Assembly (NCBI GenBank): GCA_903854475.1
Contig: CAINWP010000080.1
Coordinates: 1,995-65,994 of the forward strand
Origin: an uncultured Verrucomicrobiota bacterium
GTDB lineage: Bacteria; Verrucomicrobiota; Verrucomicrobiia; Limisphaerales; UBA9464
Length of the DNA stretch: 64,000 nt
Direction: 5' to 3'
Below the pieces are notes generated by a model. It did no database searches, was not told where the DNA came from, and worked only from the letters and a program-made list of their open reading frames with translations. This document shows, in pieces, positions 55,280 through 64,000 of the stretch. Each line of letters starts with the position of its first letter. The stretch's first letter is position 1. The position numbers and the translations under genes were made by a program.

Positions 55280-57460
55280 ATGAACAACCCGTCCACCCCC
55301 GACAAGACATTGACCGGACTGACCGTCCTGTTCTGTGTCGTGTTCATTGGGTTGGCCGGAAGATTGGTGTACATTCAGGGCGTTCGTCCCGATTCCCCCC
55401 GCTACACCCTGGGCGCCTCTCCCGCCCGCACCACTTACATTCCGGCACCCCGTGGTGAGTTGCTCGATCGTCGCGGTGAGCGCCTGACGTATTCACAGTT
55501 CACCTACAACCTTCGCGCCAACCCGGTGGTGATCAGCAACCAAGCCACACACTTGGCCGCCCTGCTCTCACCGCTGCTGTCCATTCCGGCGACAGTCCTC
55601 GAGGACCGCCTCAGCATCCGAGCCGAACTGCGCTGGAAAGCCGATGCCAGCACCAACTCCGCGGGTCTGGTCGCTACCCAATGGGTGCAGGTGCTGCACA
55701 CCAACCAAAGTGTTCTGGTGGCCTCCAACCTGTCTTTTGTGGACTGGACCCGGATCCACACCAATTTGAAGGTGTTCCGGTCTCCAGAGGAACGCCAACT
55801 GCTGGCAGCTTCGGCCGCAGTGGCCCATCGACGAACCAACAGTCCTCCCATCGCTTGGTGGGACTTACCGAGACGCTATCGCGTTCGCAAGGAGATCGCC
55901 CGGGACAACCGGGAAATCAACCTAGCGATGAAGCGGATCCAACCGCAATTGAGGGAGGTTCGCGAAAACGGAATCACTGCCGAAATTATGGAACGGCGCG
56001 TGATGCCGCACGGCGAACTCGCCTTACCTATCTTAGGCACCACGACCAACGGGGTAATCCCGATTGTGGAATACCGGACAGCCACCAACCGCATTCGCGT
56101 CCGCACCCGAGAATTGCCCCCCGAGATCCATGGCGCCGACGGCATCGAGCGGCAGTTCAACGATGAGCTCCAGGGGGTTGCTGGTCAGGCGATTATTCGA
56201 CGAGGCAAAGGCCGTGAATTGGCTGGTACCCGAGAACTGGACCTAGCTCCGCAACCGGGTGCGAATGTCCGACTGACCATCGACGCCAATCTCCAATACG
56301 TCGCTGAGAACGCGTTGCGCCAAGGGATGGCCAAGCTGAAGCCCAACTGGATGTCGGCCATCTTGGTGCGCCCATCGACCGGTGAGATTCTGGCCCTGGC
56401 CAACGCCACGGACCCAGACTACTCACCGGCGCGACAACCTGGCTTACCGACACAGGCCAGCGGACCAAGCAAACCCCAGCATCGCAACCATGCCGTGTCT
56501 GAATTGGTCGAGCCTGGATCTACTTTCAAGCTAGTCACCTACTCGGCCGCCCTCGAATCCCTTCCCGGTCGAAACCTCTCCCCCAGCTCTCTGATCGACT
56601 GCGAGGGCGGATCCTGGCGCCCCCCTGCTGGACGCAAGAAACCCATCGCTGATGCGCGTGGCCACAAGCTGCACACGGTCACCCTGGAAGAAGCCTTCGC
56701 CGCATCCTCCAATGTCGGCGCAGCCAAGCTCGGATACGCCCTTTGGGATTCTGCTGCGCCGCCGCGAGCCACTGCGTTGGTCAAGTACGCTGAGGCCTAC
56801 GGATTCACCCGACGGACCGGTATCCTCTGCGGAGGAGAGCCCAACACGCGAATCCCGGCCTGGGACGGCCTCGGCACTCAGCTCATCCTTTCTTACGGTT
56901 ACGGCATCTACGCGACACCACTTCAGATCACCATGGCCTATGCTGCCGTGGCCAACGACGGCATCCTCATGGAACCCATGCTGGTAAAGTCCGTGGAGAG
57001 TCCCTCGGGAAGCGTCATTCGCAATCTTGCCCCGCGTCAGGTCGGCAGGGTGGTACGCTCCGACACAGCCAAGCAACTGGTACAACTCCTGACGGCAGTA
57101 GTGAGCTCCAAAGGTACAGGCAAGGATGCCGCCCTCAGTGAGTATACCGTCGCCGGCAAGACTGGCACGGCCAACAAGATGACCCAGGCCCACATGGCTG
57201 CCGGCGTCACCGCCCATTTCAGCACCTTTGTTGGATTCCTTCCCGCTGAGAACCCTCAGATCTGCCTGCTGGTCTGCGCCGACGAACCCACCGGGTCGGA
57301 CGGTCGAGCCGCCTATGGAGCCGCCTGTGTACCGGTCTTCAAGGAGATCGCCCGCGAGGCTGCAAGCTATCTGACAATTCCTCCGTCACCCGTCCTGGCA
57401 GCCCATGAAGCGGCCACCGATCGCCCCCCCTCCCGCGTCACTGACCATGCTGACCGCTGA
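55280..57460 (+). CDS. ftsI: Penicillin-binding protein, FtsI/PBP3-type divisome transpeptidase
   Basis: N-terminal TM segment, SxxK EPGSTFKLVTY, SSN (FAASSNVG), and KTGTAN. Confidence 0.9.
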   Translation: MNNPSTPDKTLTGLTVLFCVVFIGLAGRLVYIQGVRPDSPRYTLGASPARTTYIPAPRGELLDRRGERLTYSQFTYNLRANPVVISNQATHLAALLSPLLSIPATVLEDRLSIRAELRWKADASTNSAGLVATQWVQVLHTNQSVLVASNLSFVDWTRIHTNLKVFRSPEERQLLAASAAVAHRRTNSPPIAWWDLPRRYRVRKEIARDNREINLAMKRIQPQLREVRENGITAEIMERRVMPHGELALPILGTTTNGVIPIVEYRTATNRIRVRTRELPPEIHGADGIERQFNDELQGVAGQAIIRRGKGRELAGTRELDLAPQPGANVRLTIDANLQYVAENALRQGMAKLKPNWMSAILVRPSTGEILALANATDPDYSPARQPGLPTQASGPSKPQHRNHAVSELVEPGSTFKLVTYSAALESLPGRNLSPSSLIDCEGGSWRPPAGRKKPIADARGHKLHTVTLEEAFAASSNVGAAKLGYALWDSAAPPRATALVKYAEAYGFTRRTGILCGGEPNTRIPAWDGLGTQLILSYGYGIYATPLQITMAYAAVANDGILMEPMLVKSVESPSGSVIRNLAPRQVGRVVRSDTAKQLVQLLTAVVSSKGTGKDAALSEYTVAGKTGTANKMTQAHMAAGVTAHFSTFVGFLPAENPQICLLVCADEPTGSDGRAAYGAACVPVFKEIAREAASYLTIPPSPVLAAHEAATDRPPSRVTDHADR

Positions 57461-57464
57461 ACTC

Positions 57465-58637
57465 ATGCTCCAGACTGCGCCCGCGTCTTTGACCGAGGAT
57501 ACGGCCCCCGTGGTGTGTCGGCCGAGGCACCCGGCCCTCGGCACCAGCGAGACGACGCGGTTTCGCCGATCCAGCCCGTCCCGGAATGTTGCCTCGCCGC
57601 AATCCCTTTCAGAACCGCTTCAGATTTCTGTCCAGGACCATCCCCTGCAGCGTCTGGATTTATGCAAGATCGCCTGTGAGGGACGAGTCTCAGCGGCCAC
57701 CGCCTCTTTCGTCCACGCCTTACTTAGCGGGGTGGGGCGTCGACCGGCCCTGCTCACTCCAGAAGGAGGGTTCATGGCGGGCCGACTCTTCCCTCAACGA
57801 CCCAAGATCAGCGAAGCCTCCGAATGGGAGCGCCTCTTAGCTACCCATGTCCGATCGGGTGGAGACTGCCTGATCATTGAAGAAGACTCCGAAATTCGAG
57901 AACTGCTCGCTGGCATTTCACCGCGGTCGCACCTCAAGCCACCGACCTCTCCACGCGCCTGGATTCATGCACAGGCGCTGCATTGGCGCGGCAGCCGCCT
58001 GCAGGTATTCTCCCACGACGGCACCACAAGGACCGCACACCTGCCACTGGTTGGGGGTTCGAATCTCCTGGCTCTTGATCTAGCGCTCAACCGAGTCATC
58101 CATGCGGGCTGCTGCCCAACACGGACCCTCGCCACGCTCCCCTCTCTGGACCCCCCGACCGGGCTTCTCGAACCTGTCCACGCCGGACAACCGTATGGCG
58201 TCTTCGTGGACCGAGCCTGCTGCGCCGCCGATCTGGCCGAACTCCTGGCCGAGGCTCGCACACTGTCCGGGCGTCGCATCGTGCTCGTAACCGGCATCCA
58301 CGGCAGTTCAACCCCTCAAGAACGACGAGCCTTGGGGGCAGCAGCAGCGGCGGCGGACGAAGTGATCTTCACCAGCGACAATCCACGTCATGTGCCGGTT
58401 GCCTCCATCCTGAGAGACCTCCAAGCGGGTCTCGGTGGTGGAGCTCTCGAAGAACCTGACCGTCACACCGCCATCGCAACCGCTGTCCGTCGGGCCAAAT
58501 CGGACGACCTGGTGCTCATCGCGGGCAAGGGAAGTCGACCTTTTCAAGAGCTGGGCAGTGCCGTCATCCCCTGGGACGACCGACTGCATGCTCGGGATGC
58601 ATTGGCTGGGCGCGGCTGGGTGGGAGATTCACTATGA
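57465..58637 (+). CDS. murE: MurE-like Mur ligase family protein with degenerate catalytic motifs
   Basis: It keeps MurE-type C-terminal features (FTSDNPRHV, PDRHTAIATAV, LIAGKG) and occupies the murE position. However, it has IACEGRVSAAT where GTNGKTT is expected, DRACCAADL for DYAHTPDAL, and TGIHGSSTPQERR for GCGGDRDKGKR. The N-terminal ~70 aa are low complexity. Alternative starts are at 57405 and 57447. Confidence 0.7.
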   Translation: MLQTAPASLTEDTAPVVCRPRHPALGTSETTRFRRSSPSRNVASPQSLSEPLQISVQDHPLQRLDLCKIACEGRVSAATASFVHALLSGVGRRPALLTPEGGFMAGRLFPQRPKISEASEWERLLATHVRSGGDCLIIEEDSEIRELLAGISPRSHLKPPTSPRAWIHAQALHWRGSRLQVFSHDGTTRTAHLPLVGGSNLLALDLALNRVIHAGCCPTRTLATLPSLDPPTGLLEPVHAGQPYGVFVDRACCAADLAELLAEARTLSGRRIVLVTGIHGSSTPQERRALGAAAAAADEVIFTSDNPRHVPVASILRDLQAGLGGGALEEPDRHTAIATAVRRAKSDDLVLIAGKGSRPFQELGSAVIPWDDRLHARDALAGRGWVGDSL

Positions 58638-59386
58638 CATCCCTACCAAAACCTCATCTTCTCGGCGTCTTGGCCGGCCTGTTTCTGGCCTCAGGCCTCA
58701 TCATTTCTACCACACTCCTGACACGGACCTGGCTTAAAGTGGCCGATGCCGAATCGATATCCGTCACCGGATCGGCCCGTCGCAACGTGAGTTCTGACTT
58801 GGTCGTCTGGCGTGGTTCTCTCACCGTCGAAAGCCCCACTCTTCTGGCCTCGCAAGGAGTCCTCAGTCAACACGAGAGCTTCACACGCAAGTTCCTCACC
58901 GCCCAGGGCGTCACCAACGCCCAGTTCCATCCGGTCGCCATCCAGCGCATCCAAGTCCGCTCCAGCAAACAAACCAGCGAGGCTGACAGCGAGACTGAAA
59001 GTCCCACGACCCGATTCCGCCTCAGCCGCACCATTGAGGTCCGCTCCGGTGACATCGATGCCGTCCTGAGCATGGATGCCCAGACATCTGAACTGGTCAA
59101 TCAAGGCATTGAATTCGCCTCATCTACTCCGGAATTCATTTGGACCAAGGCCGGTGAAGCCAAAATTGAAATGTTGGCCGATGCAGCCCGCGATGCCCGC
59201 GCCCGAGCCGAGCAAATCGTCTCCCAAGGCGGACGATCGATCGCCCGGATGCGCTCTGCCAAAATGGGCGTTTTCCAAGTGACCCCGCTGTATTCGACCC
59301 AGAACACCTGGGACGGAATGAACGACACCACCTCCCGAGAAAAGACTGTCACCGCAGTAGTGAATGCGAGCTACGCACTGCAATAA
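58634..59386 (+). CDS. SIMPL (DUF541) domain-containing protein
   Basis: N-terminal TM/signal segment, ISVTGSARRNVSSDLVVW..., and a C-terminal LADAARDARARAEQIVSQGG...MGVFQV pattern typical of SIMPL/26-kDa periplasmic proteins. ATGA overlap with murE. Confidence 0.7.
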   Translation: MTSLPKPHLLGVLAGLFLASGLIISTTLLTRTWLKVADAESISVTGSARRNVSSDLVVWRGSLTVESPTLLASQGVLSQHESFTRKFLTAQGVTNAQFHPVAIQRIQVRSSKQTSEADSETESPTTRFRLSRTIEVRSGDIDAVLSMDAQTSELVNQGIEFASSTPEFIWTKAGEAKIEMLADAARDARARAEQIVSQGGRSIARMRSAKMGVFQVTPLYSTQNTWDGMNDTTSREKTVTAVVNASYALQ

Positions 59387-60777
59387 TGGAACCGGTGACA
59401 CTCCAATTCATCGCTGAAGCATCCAAGGGGACCTTGCATCCCCACGATACCGGCTGTGTTAGGGTTTCCGGGGTTTGTACCGACTCGCGTCGCCTTCGGG
59501 CTGGCAATGTGTTCCTAGCCTTGTGCGGCGAACGATTTGACGGGCACGATTTCCTCAAAGATCCCGGGCTCGAAAAAGTTTCGGCCGTCGTGGTCTCCCA
59601 AAATCGACTCACGGACGTTCCGAAAGGAATACCGGCCGTCAGCGCACCAAACACACGCGAGGCCCTGAGACACATCGCCGCAGCCTACCGAAACGGCTTC
59701 TCACTGCCCGTGTTCTGCGTGGCCGGATCCAACGGTAAGACCACCACCAAGGAACTGCTTGCAGCCCTGCTCGAAACAACCTTTCCCACCCTCCGGTCCC
59801 AGGCCAGTTTCAATAATGACATTGGGGTCCCCTTGAGCCTTCTGGAGCTAGATGGGTCTCATCGGGCTGCTGTCCTGGAGGCGGGCACCAATCATCCGGG
59901 TGAACTGGCTCCATTGGTGCGCCTGATCGCCCCACGCTACGGTGTGGTACCGCAGATTGGGCGGGAACACCTGGAGCACTTCGGTGACATCGATGGGGTC
60001 ATCGCCGAAGAGAGCGCCCTCGGCGAGGGCTTGCCAACCGACGGCGTTCTATTTCTTAACGGAGACTGCGACGCAGCCCGACCGCTAGCCTCTCGCACTT
60101 CGGCCCGAGTGGTGCGCACCGGATTCAATGCCGGGAACAATTGGCGAGCCCGAATCCTAGACAACGGCTGGAATTCAACCCGCTTCGAGGTCACCGCCCC
60201 GGAGCCCGAGTGGTGCGGCGTATTCGAGATCGCGGTGCCTGGCCGGCACATGGTCTCTAATGCCATTTTAGCCTTGGCGGCCGCCGCCGAACTGCGGGTC
60301 CAACCCGAAGCGGCGCGGAAAGCCTTGTCGTGCTTTTCCGGAGCTAAACAACGTCTCCAATGCTCAGAGCAGCGAGGGATCCGCTGGCTAGACGATACCT
60401 ACAACGCCAACGCCGACTCCACATTAGCTTCGCTACAAACCCTCTCCGAACTGCCCTGCACCGGACGCCGTGTGGCCGTGCTGGGCGACATGGCTGAACT
60501 CGGCGAGCACACCGCCGAAGCGCACCGGGAAGTCGGAGCGGCCGCTCATCGTTTGGGTATCGACCTGCTAGTCTGTATCGGCCACTCGGCCGGCCACACC
60601 GCAGACGGCGCCAGCGGCCTGCGTCAAGTCCTCGCCTTTCCCGAAGTGGAACAGGCTGTCCTCGCGCTCCGCCCACTCCTTCAACCGGGAGACTGTATCT
60701 TAGCCAAGGCTTCTCGCAGCAGCCGACTAGAAAGGCTTTTCGAGGCACTCAAAGACGAACGCATCGAAAACCACTAA
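59386..60777 (+). CDS. murF: UDP-N-acetylmuramoyl-tripeptide--D-alanyl-D-alanine ligase
   Basis: Intact motifs: VAGSNGKTTTKE, FNNDIGVPLSL, EAGTNHPGE, GREHLEHFG, DDTYNANADS, LGDMAELG, and KASRSSRLE. Confidence 0.93.
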   Translation: MEPVTLQFIAEASKGTLHPHDTGCVRVSGVCTDSRRLRAGNVFLALCGERFDGHDFLKDPGLEKVSAVVVSQNRLTDVPKGIPAVSAPNTREALRHIAAAYRNGFSLPVFCVAGSNGKTTTKELLAALLETTFPTLRSQASFNNDIGVPLSLLELDGSHRAAVLEAGTNHPGELAPLVRLIAPRYGVVPQIGREHLEHFGDIDGVIAEESALGEGLPTDGVLFLNGDCDAARPLASRTSARVVRTGFNAGNNWRARILDNGWNSTRFEVTAPEPEWCGVFEIAVPGRHMVSNAILALAAAAELRVQPEAARKALSCFSGAKQRLQCSEQRGIRWLDDTYNANADSTLASLQTLSELPCTGRRVAVLGDMAELGEHTAEAHREVGAAAHRLGIDLLVCIGHSAGHTADGASGLRQVLAFPEVEQAVLALRPLLQPGDCILAKASRSSRLERLFEALKDERIENH

Positions 60778-60783
60778 CCCGGT

Positions 60784-61908
60784 ATGCTCTACAAGCTCTC
60801 AGAATTATTCCCGGTGGTTCCCTGGACGGTGTTCAAGTACGTCACCTTCCGCAGCGCGGGCGCGGCCATCACTGCTCTGCTGCTGAGTTGGCTTCTTGGC
60901 CCGCGGGTGATCGAAGGGCTTCGGAACCTTAAGTTCCGTCAAGACTACCAGCCCAAGGATGTGCGCAATCCCAGCGATGCCACGGCGGCGGCGGCCGACT
61001 TGGCCAAGCGCGGAACACCCACCATGGGTGGTGTTTTAATCCTGCTGGTCTTGGACATCTCCGTGTTTCTTTGGGCCCGACCCAACACATTGGTGCTACT
61101 GACCATGCTTTCGCTGATGGTGTTGGCTTTTTTGGGGTTTTATGACGATTGGCTAAAGGTGTCGCGTCAAAACGCAGCCGGTGCCCAATCCCGGGTAAAA
61201 TGGGTCGTTCAAATCGTGCTCGCACTGGTGGTCGGGGGCTATCTTTGGCAACTCCCCTCCACCCGCACTCTCGTAGCAGACATCCAGATCCCGTTCTTTA
61301 AGGACCCCATCCTCCGATCCGTCCCCTGGATTGGAATCCCGCTAATCGCACTGACCATCATTGGCAGTTCCAACGCGGTGAACCTGACCGATGGCATGGA
61401 TGGGTTAGCCATCGGTTGCACCCTCATCGTGGCCATGGTCATGCTGATCCTGACCTACCTGTCTGACAACGTGAAGTTGGCCACTTACCTTCAGATTCCG
61501 CACGTTCGGGGCGCCAGCGAACTGACGGTGGTTTGCGCGGCCTTCATCGGTGCTTCCCTCGGTTTCCTATGGTTTAACTGTCACCCCGCCGAGGTCTTCA
61601 TGGGCGACACTGGATCGCTGGCTCTAGGCGGTGCACTGGGCATCATGGCCGTCCTGATACACCAACCGCTGGTGCTCCTCATCGCCGGCGGAGTTTTTGT
61701 GGCCGAAGCGCTCAGCGTGATGCTGCAAGTGGGGTGGTTCAAATACACCCGTCACAAGTATGGAGAAGGCCGACGCATCTTTCGGATGGCCCCCCTCCAC
61801 CACCATTTTCAGAAGCAGGGATGGAAGGAATCGAAGATTGTTACCCGCTTTTACATTGCTGGAATTCTGTGCGCTGTGTTGGCGCTGAGCACCCTCAAGA
61901 TCCGATGA
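60784..61908 (+). CDS. mraY: Phospho-N-acetylmuramoyl-pentapeptide-transferase
   Basis: KRGTPTMGGVLIL, NAVNLTDGMDGLA, FMGDTGSLALGG, and APLHHHF. Confidence 0.95.
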   Translation: MLYKLSELFPVVPWTVFKYVTFRSAGAAITALLLSWLLGPRVIEGLRNLKFRQDYQPKDVRNPSDATAAAADLAKRGTPTMGGVLILLVLDISVFLWARPNTLVLLTMLSLMVLAFLGFYDDWLKVSRQNAAGAQSRVKWVVQIVLALVVGGYLWQLPSTRTLVADIQIPFFKDPILRSVPWIGIPLIALTIIGSSNAVNLTDGMDGLAIGCTLIVAMVMLILTYLSDNVKLATYLQIPHVRGASELTVVCAAFIGASLGFLWFNCHPAEVFMGDTGSLALGGALGIMAVLIHQPLVLLIAGGVFVAEALSVMLQVGWFKYTRHKYGEGRRIFRMAPLHHHFQKQGWKESKIVTRFYIAGILCAVLALSTLKIR

Positions 61909-62321
61909 GTGTCCACGCATCAACCCTCATCCACGCCGGTCTTTTCAACCCCACCGGATCACCGATCTTCATCTCGAACCGGATGTTCCTTGATCGCACT
62001 GGTTTCGATTGTTTAATTAGAGCGTCATCAGCGGTACACGGCGGCCTCATCAGGCCCCGGACCCGCATCGCCGCGGCGTTCCGTGCAAACCCAGACTCAT
62101 CTAGCATCCCGTCAGACGCGCCCACAAGTCCTGGCCAACCTGAACCATTTCCCTATTACGGAAGCGGTGAGCATCACCGTTCCTTTCACTCTTCCCAGGT
62201 CCTTTCAATCGCGACCGCACTCACTTTCGTCTCGACCCGGGTGGAGGACCCGGTTCGGTACGGATCCGACAAAACTCAATCCTCGACCCCCGACGTACCG
62301 TCTATCCGCCTAACCCCATGA
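61905..62321 (+). CDS. Hypothetical S/T/P-rich ORF occupying the expected murD slot
   Basis: 138-aa ORF with an ATGA overlap at both ends (mraY stop and LysM gene start). No Mur-ligase motifs, and third-position GC looks lower than in its neighbours. Coding status is uncertain. Confidence 0.35.
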   Translation: MSVHASTLIHAGLFNPTGSPIFISNRMFLDRTGFDCLIRASSAVHGGLIRPRTRIAAAFRANPDSSSIPSDAPTSPGQPEPFPYYGSGEHHRSFHSSQVLSIATALTFVSTRVEDPVRYGSDKTQSSTPDVPSIRLTP

Positions 62322-63211
62322 GCACCCCCAATTCCCCGCTGCTTCCTGGCTCCAAACTGGAACAGGCTGCCAAGAGCAAATCCACCTTCAGCATCGCCGC
62401 CTTCATTTTTAGCGCCCATGTGGCGGTGTTCCTGGTGGTGCTGCTCAACGGCTGCAACAAGGAAAGTTCCGTCAACAACACGGAGCCTCCTGCTGCCACC
62501 AACCAAATTGAACTAGCCGTGCAACCCGGAACCGGGGGTAACGAACCCATCGGCCTTGTTCAACCCCACGGTACAGACACCAACACGGCGGCCATTCCTT
62601 CGGGAGGCGCCGTCACATTCCCGGGCAACCTTACAGCTAACACCAACCCGCCGGTACAACCCATCGCGCCCCCGGAGCTCAGCACCGTCGCTCCAAGCGG
62701 CGCTGCGACCCACGACACCACCGGCGCCGGCTCCGAGTACAAGATTAAGAGCGGCGACATCGCCTACAATATCGCCAAGACCCACGGGGTCTCCCTGAAG
62801 GCCCTCAAGGATGCCAACCCGAGCGTCGACCTAGGGAAGCTGAAGGTGGGCCAGACGATCCAGATTCCTGCTGCCAGCGCATCCGCCGCGGCCGCCGCAA
62901 CCACCAAAGAACCCACCCCTGCGAAAGCGATCTCAAGCCACGAACCCGATACGGCGGGCGCGACCTCATCGTATACGGTCAAAGGAGGCGACACCCTCAG
63001 CAAGATCGCCAAGAAGCACGGAACCACCGCTAAAGCAGTCCGCGCCGCCAACCGCTTGACCAGCGACAAGATCAACGTCGGTCAAAAACTCAAGATTCCC
63101 GGCAAGGGTGCGGCCGCTGAGACTGATGAACCAGCTGCGAAGACCCTGACCGTTCCCGAGCCCACCGCGCCCTTTCCGGCAACCCTGCCGACGCCCGGCA
63201 CAGGCCGCTAA
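62318..63211 (+). CDS. Membrane-anchored or lipoprotein-type protein with two LysM domains
   Basis: N-terminal hydrophobic segment ending LLNGC (possible lipobox), then a P/T/A-rich linker. Two LysM repeats: YKIKSGDIAYNIAKTHGVSLKALKDANP...VGQTIQIP and YTVKGGDTLSKIAKKHGTTAKAVRAANRL...VGQKLKIP. Confidence 0.85.
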   Translation: MSTPNSPLLPGSKLEQAAKSKSTFSIAAFIFSAHVAVFLVVLLNGCNKESSVNNTEPPAATNQIELAVQPGTGGNEPIGLVQPHGTDTNTAAIPSGGAVTFPGNLTANTNPPVQPIAPPELSTVAPSGAATHDTTGAGSEYKIKSGDIAYNIAKTHGVSLKALKDANPSVDLGKLKVGQTIQIPAASASAAAAATTKEPTPAKAISSHEPDTAGATSSYTVKGGDTLSKIAKKHGTTAKAVRAANRLTSDKINVGQKLKIPGKGAAAETDEPAAKTLTVPEPTAPFPATLPTPGTGR

Positions 63212-63225
63212 ATCGGTCCACCGAA

Positions 63226-63254
63226 GGGACGTCCGGCCCGCTGCTGGACGTCCC
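63226..63254 (+). other. Perfect 9-bp stem-loop between the LysM gene and ftsW
   Basis: GGGACGTCC (63226-63234) and GGACGTCCC (63246-63254) flank an 11-nt loop. No U-tract follows. Confidence 0.4.
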
Positions 63255-63278
63255 GACCCCACTTGAGCTCCTTCCGCC

Positions 63279-64000
63279 ATGCGTTCCACCTCCATCCTGT
63301 TGCTGCTGACCGTTAGCCTGTTGCTGGCCTTGAGCTTCACCATGCTGGCCAGCGCCCTCATGATGGAGTCCCGGTTCTTAAACCTCGTCACAACCCAGGC
63401 GGTGGCCATCGTCGCAGGGGCGGCCGTCATGTGCTTGCTATGGCGAAAGGACTACCGCATCTGGGTTAAGCATCACTGGTTGTTTTATGCGGCTGCTATC
63501 GTGATTTTAGCGATGGTTCTCTCGCCCGCTGGCACCTACCGCAATGGGGCCCAGCGTTGGATTTTTGGCATCCAACCGGCGGAGTTCGCCAAGATACCCT
63601 TGCTGCTGACCTTAGCAGCTTGGGGGGCCCGGTTCGGGCCACGCATGCGTTTCGGTGGTACGTTTTCTACCCTTCTATGGGGCTTTATTCTCCCGGGCCT
63701 GGTCATCTCGCCGTTCCTCGGATTGCTGTACAAACAACCGGACCGCGGAACCATGATTCTCTTCGGCATGGTCACCGTGGTGGTCTTGCTCCTCAGCGGT
63801 ATGCGCAAGCGATACGCCATCATTCCGACCCTCCTCGGGGCCGGACTGTTATTCCACTTCTACAATTCCAGCAAAATGGTCCGGGACCGAATGGATGCGT
63901 TCCTGCATCCGGAACTGTTCCCTCAGACCACGGGTTCCCAGGCTCTCAAGTCGCTGGCGGCTCTGCGGGAGGGCGGGCTAGAGGGCGTCGGGCTGGGATC
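63279..64000 (+). CDS. ftsW: Cell division protein FtsW (SEDS family), 3' end beyond the window
   Basis: Own translation from ATG 63279: MRSTSILLLLTVSLLLAL...RWIFGIQPAEFAKIPLLL...KQPDRGTMIL. This is the FtsW/RodA pattern. It is absent from the ORF track because there is no stop in the window. Confidence 0.85.
   Translation, partial: MRSTSILLLLTVSLLLALSFTMLASALMMESRFLNLVTTQAVAIVAGAAVMCLLWRKDYRIWVKHHWLFYAAAIVILAMVLSPAGTYRNGAQRWIFGIQPAEFAKIPLLLTLAAWGARFGPRMRFGGTFSTLLWGFILPGLVISPFLGLLYKQPDRGTMILFGMVTVVVLLLSGMRKRYAIIPTLLGAGLLFHFYNSSKMVRDRMDAFLHPELFPQTTGSQALKSLAALREGGLEGVGLG

Overview
GC-rich bacterial chromosomal segment. DUF1559-type pilin-like proteins, a PSCyt1 'planctomycete cytochrome c' protein and Y_Y_Y-propeller sensor kinases suggest a PVC-superphylum genome (Verrucomicrobiota/Planctomycetota-like); this is inference only. 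Most of the window is housekeeping. It holds a ThuA/DUF1080 gene (partial), an amidohydrolase, mrp-mlaE-mlaF, a cytochrome c peroxidase and an Rrf2-iscU-cysteine desulfurase operon. It continues with a lone nuoA, gltBD, an IF-1-like gene, a PIG-L/CBM9 deacetylase with an AsnB-like protein, and a sensor kinase/LuxR-type regulator pair plus an orphan LuxR protein. Further genes are a phosphohexomutase, deoC, a frameshift-split TonB-dependent receptor, the elongasome cluster mreBCD-mrdA-rodA followed by RNase E/G, and a partial T2SS-like operon (gspF plus H/I/J/K-like pseudopilins). The window ends with queA, a RibD_C reductase and a dcw cluster (mraZ through ftsW). I found no rRNA, tRNA, CRISPR, transposase or integrase. 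Three things stand out. (1) Two 18-bp tandem arrays share the core AAGGGACAGGCTC. Each sits 45-52 bp upstream of, and co-oriented with, a gene start (nuoA, deoC), and isolated core copies lie inside CDSs. (2) The dcw operon is remodelled. The murE-position gene has degenerate Mur-ligase motifs, a SIMPL gene sits between murE and murF, there is an extra ORF between mraZ and rsmH, and the murD slot holds an unknown ORF plus a LysM protein. All of these are linked by ATGA/TAATG overlaps. (3) The T2SS-like operon has no ATPase, secretin or major pseudopilin nearby and is headed by a CBM48-like gene. All family calls come from reading motifs by eye; no searches were run.
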